Positions 10,607 to 19,399 are shown, counted from the stretch's first letter. The stretch: DNA of 64,000 bases from an uncultured Desulfobacterales bacterium (GCA_964440795.1 CAYTTQ010000001.1:18826-82825); one strand, 5' to 3'. Notes: a model not told the origin generated them from the letters alone. A program made the numbers and translations.

Positions 10607-11533
10607 TTAGGCACTTTGAATCTTAATATCGAACATGTAGTCCCCTTCTTGGGGGCCGGACTTGATCTCGGTTTTTCCCGAAACAACGCCCTTTCCTTTC
10701 AAAATGGCAATGGGAGAAAAAAGCTGTATGTCCGGCAACCCGGTGCCGGGCTCAAGACTCCTCACCACTTCTTGTTGACTGGCGGGCACCACCACGCTGA
10801 TCACATTGCCCGACTGGAAGGTGACATCAAATTCCACCATTTGCCCATTTTCAGGCCCGGCGGCCAGCCTCAGCCCCACAGAGGAAATATCCAAGAATTC
10901 ATTTTCCTGGCCGGAACCATGCGCTTCTTCGGCCGGTGCCTCATCAACGACCGGCAAGTTGGCTTCAATGCCTCGTCGTTCAAGAATGTTTCCCAAAAAG
11001 ACCCTTAGGTTGCCCAGGTCTTGTGTCGACAATCTGTCGGAGCAAAGCCACTGTTCATACTGGTCGATGGCCTCATTCGGTGATGAAAGGGCCAAGTGGC
11101 ACCGGAGGATATTTTTTGCAACCACGAGCGGCATAACCCCCTTTTGCAATAGGGCTCGAAAATCGGCCAGTGCACGTTCGTACTGGCCAAACTTCGCCAG
11201 GGCGATTACGCCTTCAACTGCCGCCTTGTCCTTGTCAGAGGAAAAAGAAAAGGCGTTTCGTATGAGATCCTGAACATCCTCGGAGAGTCGGGGACGACCA
11301 TCATCCGCCTTATCATATTCCAGATCTCTTTCCACGCTTTGAATCCGGGTAGCGATGGCATCCATCAGTTTCTTCCGGCTGCCGCCGTCTCCTCCATTTT
11401 CCAAAAGTCTTAAGACCTTTAGATAGGTCTCTTTAGATTGCATCAAGAGGCCTTGTTGCCTGTAGAGGTCCCCTTCTTTGACCAAATTCTTTATGCGCTG
11501 TTGTGCCGACATATGACGTTCCGTATCCCACAA
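10607..11533 (-). CDS. Hypothetical helical-repeat protein with PilZ-like C-terminal region
   Basis: 308 aa and first gene of the mglA-like operon. The N-terminal part is helical and TPR-like. The C-terminal ~100 aa are beta-rich with LDISSVGLRL (a DxSxxG-like motif), but I see no clear RxxxR. Confidence 0.5.
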   Translation of the reverse strand: MWDTERHMSAQQRIKNLVKEGDLYRQQGLLMQSKETYLKVLRLLENGGDGGSRKKLMDAIATRIQSVERDLEYDKADDGRPRLSEDVQDLIRNAFSFSSDKDKAAVEGVIALAKFGQYERALADFRALLQKGVMPLVVAKNILRCHLALSSPNEAIDQYEQWLCSDRLSTQDLGNLRVFLGNILERRGIEANLPVVDEAPAEEAHGSGQENEFLDISSVGLRLAAGPENGQMVEFDVTFQSGNVISVVVPASQQEVVRSLEPGTGLPDIQLFSPIAILKGKGVVSGKTEIKSGPQEGDYMFDIKIQSA

Positions 11534-11752
11534 TGGGCGCTCTTACGAAGGCCGAATTCCCGGCGATTTCTAAAAACCGACCATTGCCATGACTGCTGAT
11601 TGCCGGTTTCAAACCAATAACGGTGTTGCAGAACAACGGAATACTTAAGCAAGATTTATGCCCAACAGGGTAGTCCTCGAATCGAACCATCGAATCTCAA
11701 GCCGTTGAAAAGTCCCCGAGTCGGTTTAGGTAATAACACCCGCAGGGTCCGA

Positions 11753-12097
11753 TCAAGCCTGTTTCTCTTCCAGGTGGTCGTATTTGGGCCCTTTACGAAC
11801 GGTTTGCCCGATTTCGGCCAGAATCTCAGAGAGTTGTTCTTTTACAAAGAACAGGAGTACTTGATGTTTTTCCGCCGATTGTATTTGGGTCTCCAGTTTT
11901 CCCTTCAGGTTCTGAAGTTCTTCGGGAACAGGGACGCTTTTGTTTTCCAGGTGGCTTATAGACTCCCCGATTATTCTAAGCTGTTCCCGTTGGGCTTCCC
12001 GTTCAGCAGTGGGCATAGAACGACACAGCGTACTAACCAATTCTCGCAATCGGACAACGAGATCCTCAGCTTGCTCTTTTGCCTTTGTGGTCTCCAT
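11753..12097 (-). CDS. Hypothetical coiled-coil protein
   Basis: 114 aa with GGAGA 7 nt upstream of the ATG and heptad-like charged sequence. No family recognised. Confidence 0.5.
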   Translation of the reverse strand: METTKAKEQAEDLVVRLRELVSTLCRSMPTAEREAQREQLRIIGESISHLENKSVPVPEELQNLKGKLETQIQSAEKHQVLLFFVKEQLSEILAEIGQTVRKGPKYDHLEEKQA

Positions 12098-12513
12098 AGG
12101 TTCATCTCCATATGTTCAGGCAGTTACGACAAAAACAACGGAACTCCGGAGAGGCGCTGTTTGCACCCCGGCAGCTCCCGACATCTACATTCTCATGATA
12201 TTTACAAATTTAAGGGAACTCACCGGTTGTCACACAGCACCACTTCGTTTTTGACTGAACTTCTTGTCTTGACAAGACGGTGCACCAAAGAGTGTGACAT
12301 CTAATCAGCCTTATCGGATTTCCTGTGTCAATCTTGACAATCTGTTTCCTTTTTGTGCTTGCGACAACGTCGGATCTGATTCCAAGAGACCGGTGCAGAC
12401 ACTTTTTGCCGCTCCATCCCATTTACACCATCCGAGTCTTTACAGAGCGGCGTTCTTGGTGCATTACCAGTTGCAGCCACTGGTGAGAAAGCCGCCATTA
12501 CTTATTGAAATTC

Positions 12514-12542
12514 TTGACAACACTCTGCCCAACTGATAGCTT
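12514..12542 (+). promoter_or_regulatory. Candidate sigma70 promoter (TTGACA-17-TAGCTT) for the 12652 gene
   Basis: Third of three TCTTGACAA motifs. It has 17-nt spacing to TAGCTT and lies ~110 nt upstream of the ATG. Confidence 0.3.
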
Positions 12543-12651
12543 AACGGTCAAACTAGGGTCTATCTACGACGTCGGGGAAACATGCCGGGAGATGGACCGG
12601 GGCGTTTAAGAGAATATCCCTGAACTGCCTATTCGGACAGGATATTACCAG

Positions 12652-13857
12652 ATGAAGTGTCCAAAATGTGGTTTTAGTCAACCGGACGATATTTACTGTG
12701 CCCTCTGCGGTATCAACATCAAGAAGTATGCGCAAAAGAAAAAGACACGGTTTTACAAGCTGGGCGCCACTGCCATAATGATCTTGCTGGTCGGCTTGGT
12801 TGTAACCAATTATTTTTCGTCCACCTCTTCCCCGCCCCTTGAGTCCGTCCAGGATCAAACAAAGACATCCCGGCCGGCAACCCAAAAAAGGGCCGTCGAT
12901 GCCAATTTAGTGCGGAATACGGAATCCCGAACTCAGTCTTTTGAAGAGGGCTCTGCTCAGAAGCCCCGATCCGACTTGGAACAACCCGCCTTCCAACCGA
13001 CTCCTCAGGAAAGGTCAGAATATGCCCCTCCCGCCCCTCAAGAGGGGGAAGGGCAACTGGAAACTGCCGAGCAATGGTTTGAGAGAGGACGGGCGCTTGA
13101 CGATGATTCAGAAAACGAAGTTGAATGCTACAAAACGGCGCTGGACATAGACAGTGAGTTCGCACCGGCGGCGTTTCATCTGGGAGCCATTTATTTTCGC
13201 AAAGCGCAGTACGAGCTGGCGGATGATTATTTTGAATCCTTCTTGAAGCATGCTTCTGAACAGGAGCGGCGCACGTATGATATTTATGTATACTATTCCT
13301 TGGCCGACGTCGAACGCTTGTATGACAGCATCGCCCAAGAAACCGCAGAAGAGGAAACGGGATCCGGGCAAGGTCAGGAAGCACCAGGGGAAGGAGTTCC
13401 CGGTGACGAGGAATCGGACGATACGCCCAACAGTGACACCGGAGAAGAAGTACTGACCGTGGTGGAGTACGAGACCGTCAACGGACACATTAGCGTGCCC
13501 ATTGTATTAAATGGGTTTTACACCACCCATCTTTTGGTCGATACCGGAGCGGGTATTACCATTATCACCGAGGATGTCGCCCGCCGGCTTCAGTTAGGGG
13601 ATCCCAAGGGCCACCCGATAACGCTTAGAACACTGGCCATGGATGTAAATGCGCAGCGGGGACGATTGGAATCGATACAGGTGGGTGACTTAAAGAAATA
13701 CGATTTCCCGATTGCGATAGCAGACCCGCCATTTGGCTCGGAGAATCACTTTGACGGCATCCTTGGGATGGATTTCATGAAAGATTACTCTATCAACATA
13801 AACAACCACACCAAGCGGATCGCCCTCTCAAGTAGGAGCGGTAAGAACCGTCCATAA
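12652..13857 (+). CDS. Zinc-ribbon / TM / TPR / retropepsin-like aspartic protease domain protein
   Basis: The N-terminus has MKCPKCG...CALCG, followed by a TM helix, a low-complexity linker and a TPR-like segment. The C-terminus has LLVDTGAGITIIT (DTG catalytic motif) and ILGMDFM, typical of clan AA bacterial retropepsin-like domains. Confidence 0.75.
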   Translation: MKCPKCGFSQPDDIYCALCGINIKKYAQKKKTRFYKLGATAIMILLVGLVVTNYFSSTSSPPLESVQDQTKTSRPATQKRAVDANLVRNTESRTQSFEEGSAQKPRSDLEQPAFQPTPQERSEYAPPAPQEGEGQLETAEQWFERGRALDDDSENEVECYKTALDIDSEFAPAAFHLGAIYFRKAQYELADDYFESFLKHASEQERRTYDIYVYYSLADVERLYDSIAQETAEEETGSGQGQEAPGEGVPGDEESDDTPNSDTGEEVLTVVEYETVNGHISVPIVLNGFYTTHLLVDTGAGITIITEDVARRLQLGDPKGHPITLRTLAMDVNAQRGRLESIQVGDLKKYDFPIAIADPPFGSENHFDGILGMDFMKDYSININNHTKRIALSSRSGKNRP

Positions 13858-13977
13858 CCCCCCTTCTATTTCCTTGACTTCGAACCCCCTTTCCGGCTAT
13901 GTCACAGGAGAGTATTGAAAATCAGTTATGTCTACGTGATGCGAGTTATGTAATAGGCAACGGCCACCCAGACTCGA

Positions 13978-14769
13978 ATGTTTGGGTGGTCTTTCTTTTC
14001 GGGGTACGTTTTGGCTTCATTAGTCGTCATCGACAACTATGATTCATTCACCTATAATCTCGTACAGATGTTTTCCCAGTATGATCTTTCTATATCCGTT
14101 TTTCGCAACGACGGGATCTCCTTACCGCAGGCACGAGACCTTTCCCCAGACTACGTAGTGATCAGCCCAGGCCCAAAGGACCCCGCCCATGCAGGCGTGT
14201 CTTGTGATATTGTTGAAGGACTGTGTCAAAAAACACCCATCCTTGGGGTTTGTCTGGGCATGCAATGCATCAATGAAGTTTTTGGCGGCGAAACGATCAG
14301 AGCGCAACCGCCCATGCACGGGAAGACCAGTGAGATTTATCACTCCGTAGAGGGCATCTTTGCAAATGTGCCGTCCCCGTTTCGGGTCGCCCGTTATCAT
14401 TCTCTGGTCATTTCCCCACCGACAGGACAAGCGGAGGCAAATCTGGCCATAACCGCTTGGACGCAAGACAGGGTCGCCATGGGGATTTCTCATCGAACAT
14501 TTCCTGTTCACGGAATACAGTTTCATCCCGAAAGCTTTATGACCCAGCATGGATATACCCTCATAGAAAACTTCCTTGCTCTTGGCCCCCTGGCGGAAAG
14601 TCTGCCCCCACCGACCTCGCCGAACTCCAGCCTTTTCAAATACTCGCGACGACCGGATTTTCGCTACGACCGGATTTTCGCTACGACCGGATTTTCGCTA
14701 CGAAAAGACCGGCGAGATTTGGGAATCACCAAACCGGCTTTGTTGTGCTTTGATAAATGGGAAAACTAA
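13978..14769 (+). CDS. pabA: Aminodeoxychorismate/anthranilate synthase glutamine amidotransferase component (PabA/TrpG) with non-conserved C-terminal tail
   Basis: VVIDNYDSFTYNL, the catalytic GVCLGMQ, and HGIQFHPES. The GATase domain ends near ENFL (~14575). The ORF then runs on ~65 codons through a tandem repeat. The true start may be TTG 14011 (MASLVVIDNY). Confidence 0.85.
   Translation: MFGWSFFSGYVLASLVVIDNYDSFTYNLVQMFSQYDLSISVFRNDGISLPQARDLSPDYVVISPGPKDPAHAGVSCDIVEGLCQKTPILGVCLGMQCINEVFGGETIRAQPPMHGKTSEIYHSVEGIFANVPSPFRVARYHSLVISPPTGQAEANLAITAWTQDRVAMGISHRTFPVHGIQFHPESFMTQHGYTLIENFLALGPLAESLPPPTSPNSSLFKYSRRPDFRYDRIFATTGFSLRKDRRDLGITKPALLCFDKWEN
14650..14700. repeat. Perfect tandem repeat, 17 bp x 3 (CGACCGGATTTTCGCTA)
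   Basis: Read directly: 14650-14666, 14667-14683 and 14684-14700 are identical. Partial units flank them (TCGCGA before, CGA after). Confidence 0.95.
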
Positions 14770-17015
14770 GGACTCTGTGCGGAAAAATAACCGGTCTTTA
14801 CCAAAAAACGTTGGAGTTGGAAGAATCCTTCCCGGATTTTGCCCATCGCTTCGCCGACGTCCCAGGAACCGTTGTTTTGTTAAGTGGCGGAAATCTGGAC
14901 TGTGCAAGATATCACATATTGGCAACAAAACCCTGGTTGACTTTTTCGGGACGCCACCGGGATATGGTCCTCACCACCCACAAAGGAAGATTATCTTTCG
15001 AGGACGATCCATTTTGTGTCCTTCGCCGGATTCTGGATACTCTGCACGTTTCGCACGCCCACTTCCCGGCTCCCGTGGGAGCAGGCCTTTTCGGATACCT
15101 GTCCTATGATCTCAAAGACAACCTGGAGGTCTTGCCCAAGACCTCTGTGGACACCTGCCGTCTCCCGGACATCAGTCTGTTTGCCCCCACTATCATGGTT
15201 ATTCACGACAGGTCTGATGACTCGACCCGCCTGGTAATCCCATTGGGCAATCACACCAAGGGGGAAATGCTGAAATCTGCGCTACAGGAGTTTGAAATGA
15301 CATGCGCCGGGCCACCGAAGGTGGATGACGCAGGAGATACAGCCGCAAGACTTGTTTCTAATTTTACGCGCTCTCAATATATAGATGCCGTACATCGCAT
15401 TAAAGAATATATCGCGGCAGGTCACGTCTACCAGGTCAATATATCCCAACGATTCCAGACGCCCTTTTCCGGAAATCCCTTTAGCCTTTTCAAGGCGCTG
15501 TTCCGGCAAAATCCCGCACCATTCTTTTCCTTTATCCACGCCGGGGATCACCACATCGTTTCCACCTCTCCCGAATGTTTCATTTTCCGGGACGGCAATC
15601 AGGTTGAAACCAGGCCGATCAAAGGCACACGCCCGAGGGGAACATCCCCCGATGAAGACCAAGCACTTAAACGAACACTCGAACGGAGTAAAAAAGATGA
15701 TGCGGAATTATCCATGATCGTCGACTTGGTTCGGAATGATCTGGGAAAGGTGTGTATCCCGGGGAGTGTAAAAGTAAGTCAACATAAACGCACCGAGGCG
15801 TACCAAAATGTGTACCACCTCGTTTCCGTGGTTGAGGGCACACTGAACAGAGAGCGAACTTCCGTCGACTTGATCGCCGCCTGTTTCCCGGGAGGCTCGA
15901 TCACAGGCTGTCCCAAAATCCGGGCCATGGAGATTATTGACGAACTGGAACCGTCACAGCGTCATGTATATACCGGGGCGATTGGTTACATCAGTTTCCA
16001 TGACACGATGGACCTTTCCATCGCTATTCGAACGGCCACGTTGTACGACAAAAAACTATTTTTTTCTGTGGGCGGTGGAATCGTGCTCGACTCCGATCCC
16101 GCAGACGAATATGATGAAACGCTTCAAAAGGGACAAACACTTATGGCAGCCTTTAAAAAGGATGGAATCGATGATAACTCACCCAGGTCTGGGGGTTTTA
16201 CCTGGTTTAACGGGGCCTTTATGCCGACAGCAGAGGCCGGAATCTCCGTTCTGGATGAAGGATTTCTCTACGGATACGGATTCTTTGAAACCATTCGAGC
16301 AAACCATGGTCACCCCCATCTCCTCGAAGCCCACCTGGCCCGTTTCAACACCACTTGGGAACGGTTGTTCTCCGACGCCCCGCCCAATCTAAGCTGGGCA
16401 GAGATCATACGGCAAGTCTTGATACGAAACCACCTCACCCACACCACGGCGGCAGTAAAAATACTGGCCACAATGGGAGAAAATGCAGGACCGTCTTGTC
16501 ACCACAACATGGTTGTCCTGGCTCGCGATTATAGACCTCGTCTGGAGGATAGGCCCGATTCAGGATTTCGACTGATGACCTATCCTCACCCGCGTCAAAC
16601 CCCTCTGGCGGATTATAAAACACTAAACTATCTATTCTACCTGTTAGCCGGCAGGTGGGCATCAGAAAGGAACGCCGACGAAGCACTTATTCTCAATGCT
16701 GACCGCAGCGTCTCTGAAACCAATACCGGCAATATCATTATAATCGAAAACGGGCAAGCCGTAACACCCACCTCTCAGCATGTACTCCCGGGTGTCATGC
16801 AAACCCGGGTTCGTGAACTTCTCTCCGCTTACGGATACACCATAACCGATGCAGTGCTCACCGGAGAAAAACTCCTCGCTGCCGAAGCGGCTTTTGTAAC
16901 AAATTCGCTCATCGGTGCAGTCCCCGTTGTCAGCATTGATAACATCCCGGTGAGACGAGCACCCCACCTCGAAAACAAACTGCGACGCCACGTGTTTGCC
17001 GAACCGACTAATTAA
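14757..17015 (+). CDS. pabB: Fused aminodeoxychorismate synthase component I (PabB) and aminodeoxychorismate lyase (PabC, class IV aminotransferase fold)
   Basis: 752 aa. The chorismate-binding region has PGGSITGCPK and GAIGYISF. The C-terminal ~270 aa (WFNGAFMPTAEAGISVLDEGFLYGYGFFETIRA...) match the class IV aminotransferase/ADC lyase pattern. The ATG overlaps the pabA ORF end by 13 nt. Confidence 0.9.
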   Translation: MGKLRTLCGKITGLYQKTLELEESFPDFAHRFADVPGTVVLLSGGNLDCARYHILATKPWLTFSGRHRDMVLTTHKGRLSFEDDPFCVLRRILDTLHVSHAHFPAPVGAGLFGYLSYDLKDNLEVLPKTSVDTCRLPDISLFAPTIMVIHDRSDDSTRLVIPLGNHTKGEMLKSALQEFEMTCAGPPKVDDAGDTAARLVSNFTRSQYIDAVHRIKEYIAAGHVYQVNISQRFQTPFSGNPFSLFKALFRQNPAPFFSFIHAGDHHIVSTSPECFIFRDGNQVETRPIKGTRPRGTSPDEDQALKRTLERSKKDDAELSMIVDLVRNDLGKVCIPGSVKVSQHKRTEAYQNVYHLVSVVEGTLNRERTSVDLIAACFPGGSITGCPKIRAMEIIDELEPSQRHVYTGAIGYISFHDTMDLSIAIRTATLYDKKLFFSVGGGIVLDSDPADEYDETLQKGQTLMAAFKKDGIDDNSPRSGGFTWFNGAFMPTAEAGISVLDEGFLYGYGFFETIRANHGHPHLLEAHLARFNTTWERLFSDAPPNLSWAEIIRQVLIRNHLTHTTAAVKILATMGENAGPSCHHNMVVLARDYRPRLEDRPDSGFRLMTYPHPRQTPLADYKTLNYLFYLLAGRWASERNADEALILNADRSVSETNTGNIIIIENGQAVTPTSQHVLPGVMQTRVRELLSAYGYTITDAVLTGEKLLAAEAAFVTNSLIGAVPVVSIDNIPVRRAPHLENKLRRHVFAEPTN

Positions 17016-17127
17016 TACGACCTGCCGTAAATCCCCTTAAAATAGGCATCTGCGTATGATCACCTAACCTCGTTTCACACCTCTCTGACAAACCTCTCTT
17101 TTTTTCAATCGAACTAGTTGATATGAA

Positions 17128-17156
17128 TTGACATTTGAATTTTCTTTCCTTATACT
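17128..17156 (+). promoter_or_regulatory. Near-consensus sigma70 promoter TTGACA-17-TATACT
   Basis: TTGACA 17128-17133, a 17-nt spacer and TATACT 17151-17156, in an AT-rich region ~160 nt upstream of the H1-like gene. Confidence 0.55.
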
Positions 17157-17313
17157 AAAAATAATCATGACATTATAATCGGAGCCTGAAGAAAAGTTTG
17201 TATCCAGTTGAAATCAGATTTAAAGGGCATTCCCTCTTTTAAGTCCGGCGGGGAACTTAAAAAAGGGATTGATTATAAATAGGTGAGAACCCTAAACATG
17301 GAGGAATTTGATT

Positions 17314-17745
17314 ATGACAAAGCTAAAGAAGGATCTGCAACAGGTAACCCGAGAACTCAAAGCGCTAACCAAGAAGACCGAAAAATTGACCAAGGCCGTA
17401 GACAAGCTGGAGAAATCCACGCCGGCAAAAAAACAAACGGCGAAGAAAACCGCCAAAAAGAAAGCCCCCGCCAAGAAAACGACGGCCAAGAAAGCAGGAG
17501 CAAAAAAAACAGCGGCAAAGAAGACATCCGCTAAAAAAAAGGCTCCTGCTAAGAAGGCCGGATCAAAGACGTCACCGGCTGATCAGGTAATTCAGATTAT
17601 CAAAAGGTCTAAGAAGGGCGTTCATGTGGCTGACTTAATGAAAAAGACGGGCTTCGGAGAAGGCAGCGTAAGAAATATCGTCTATAAAGCGGCCAAGGCG
17701 GGAAAGATTAAGCGAGCCGGCCGAGGCGTATACACGGGAGCGTAA
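17314..17745 (+). CDS. Histone H1-like lysine/alanine-rich DNA-binding protein
   Basis: GGAGGA lies 8 nt upstream of ATG 17314. An N-terminal coiled coil is followed by AKK/PAKK repeats (KKTAKKKAPAKKTTAKKAGAKKTAAKKTSAKKKAPAKKAG) and a small globular C-terminal domain. Confidence 0.8.
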   Translation: MTKLKKDLQQVTRELKALTKKTEKLTKAVDKLEKSTPAKKQTAKKTAKKKAPAKKTTAKKAGAKKTAAKKTSAKKKAPAKKAGSKTSPADQVIQIIKRSKKGVHVADLMKKTGFGEGSVRNIVYKAAKAGKIKRAGRGVYTGA

Positions 17746-17800
17746 CGCTGTGTCGGTGAAGATCTGAAAACACCCACCTTGTCCGACCTGCAAAACGGAA

Positions 17801-17834
17801 AAGCCGGGTTTCTTCCCAAACCCGGCTTTTTCTT
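17801..17834. terminator. Bidirectional rho-independent terminator
   Basis: 11-bp perfect stem AAGCCGGGTTT/AAACCCGGCTT with a 6-nt loop. T-runs follow on both strands. It sits between convergent genes. Confidence 0.8.
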
Positions 17835-17859
17835 GATTGTAAAAGGGTCCGTTCAGGGG

Positions 17860-18801
17860 CTACAATAGAAGTTCTCGCCCACCACCGGATCTTTTTGCCC
17901 GATACATCGCCTCGTCCGCCCTTTTAGTCAGTACTTCCCACGGCTCTCCCTGCCGGTACTCAGCAATACCAATACTCACTGCGACTCCCGGCCCGCCTTC
18001 AACACCGGCGGGCGCATCACTAATCCCGGAAAGTTCTTCGCGGATTCGCTCTGCCACCTTGATGGCTTCTTTACCACGGGTCTCGGGCAGAATAACCGTA
18101 AACTCATCCCCGCCATATCGATACGCCGAATCATTTTTCCGCATGCACCCTTGAATGACCTCTGCAAACCGGCTGAGCATCTTATCCCCTTCTAAGTGGC
18201 CATATGTATCATTGTAAAATTTGAAGTTGTCCACATCGATAAGCAACAAGGACAAGGGATGTTGGTACCGCGAGGCGCGGTTGATTTCAGATTGTATTTG
18301 CTGGAAGAAATGCCTGGAGTTAAACAATTTGGTCAGATCATCCGTTATGGTCAACTCCAAGAGTTGTCGCTCCATTTCTTTGCGCTCCGCAACGAGTGTT
18401 CGCTCCTTCAGGACGCGCTTCAACCGGGCGATTAACTCTTTTGAACGTATCGGTTTTTGGGCAAAGTCACTAGCGCCCTGATTCCATGCCTCCTCATAGG
18501 AAAACTCACCGCCATATCCGGTGATAATGATCACATCTACACTATATTTTTCTTTGACAATCCCGGTAAGCTCCAAGCCACTTAAGCCGGGCATTCGGAT
18601 GTCGGTAATGACCACATCAACTGGCCGAGCCTCCAATACTTCCAAGGCCTCCCCCCCACTGGAGGCACCCGACACGTCGTATCCGGCGGCGCGAATAATG
18701 TCACACAGGGACAGTCTAATGCTCTCCTCATCGTCAACGACCAGAATGTGCGGAGGCTGGGGCGCGGGCCCTCGAAAGTCTATATCCGCATCTTTCACCA
18801 T
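17860..18801 (-). CDS. Response regulator receiver + GGDEF diguanylate cyclase
   Basis: The REC domain has ILVVDDEESIRL...DVVITDIRMPGLSG. The GGDEF domain has an intact RYGGDEF and ADEAMYRAKRSG. Confidence 0.9.
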   Translation of the reverse strand: MVKDADIDFRGPAPQPPHILVVDDEESIRLSLCDIIRAAGYDVSGASSGGEALEVLEARPVDVVITDIRMPGLSGLELTGIVKEKYSVDVIIITGYGGEFSYEEAWNQGASDFAQKPIRSKELIARLKRVLKERTLVAERKEMERQLLELTITDDLTKLFNSRHFFQQIQSEINRASRYQHPLSLLLIDVDNFKFYNDTYGHLEGDKMLSRFAEVIQGCMRKNDSAYRYGGDEFTVILPETRGKEAIKVAERIREELSGISDAPAGVEGGPGVAVSIGIAEYRQGEPWEVLTKRADEAMYRAKRSGGGRELLL

Positions 18802-18928
18802 TTCGAAAAATCTATCCCCAATCGACCGAAACTTCGCCGCCCCTCACCTAAATCACAACACATTTAACGCTAACACTTATTTTTTCAATAACTTATGACT
18901 ACGACTTGAGTGCGGCTGGTGGGACATG

Positions 18929-19021
18929 TGGCGGAGAGAGAGGGATTCGAACCCTCGGTGGAACTTTCGCCCCACACTCGCTTAGCAGGCGAGCGCCTTC
19001 AGCCAGCTCGGCCATCTCTCC
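18929..19021 (-). tRNA. tRNA-Ser (anticodon GCU), type II with long variable arm, CCA encoded
   Basis: Folded by hand: acceptor GGAGAGA/TCTCTCC, anticodon stem CTCGC/GCGAG with loop CTGCTAA, T-arm GAGGG-TTCGAAT-CCCTC. 93 nt. Confidence 0.9.
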
Positions 19022-19126
19022 TGGAGCCCCCGATTACAAAACTGATCAAACCCTTGGTTACGATCACACACGCTTGGAATGGGAGAGGCAACGTACGGAT
19101 CGACTTTCCTCGGCCTTTATCAATCC

Positions 19127-19214
19127 TGGCGGAGGGAGTAGGATTCGAACCCACGTTCCGTTTCCGGAAAACGGTTTTCAAGACCGCCGCCTTAAACCAC
19201 TCGGCCATCCCTCC
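19127..19214 (-). tRNA. tRNA-Ser (anticodon UGA), type II, CCA encoded
   Basis: Acceptor GGAGGGA/TCCCTCC, anticodon stem GCGGT/ACCGT with loop CTTGAAA, variable arm TTCCG-GAAA-CGGAA, T-loop TTCGAAT. 88 nt. Confidence 0.9.
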
Positions 19215-19399
19215 TGGAACTGATCGGCATAAGATTGTGCAACCCACTCTCTCTAATTACCAATTCACAACCTGTCCGTCAAGTAATACCCGCTTGCCGA
19301 GCTCACCCTTGAAGGCCCGGTCGGTCAGCCATAAACCTGGTCCGCTTTCGGGAGCGAATCCATCTGAAGTCGATTCCCTGTTGATTATTTTGCTGAGCC

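Noticed and set aside
14650-14700. Possible CRISPR array
   Set aside because: The 17-bp units are directly abutting with no spacers, and there are no cas genes in the window. It is a simple tandem repeat.
14650-14759. Idea that repeat slippage could fuse pabA in-frame to pabB
   Set aside because: The pabB frame contains TGA TAA at 14751-14756, directly before the pabB ATG, so no copy-number change can create a PabA-PabB fusion.
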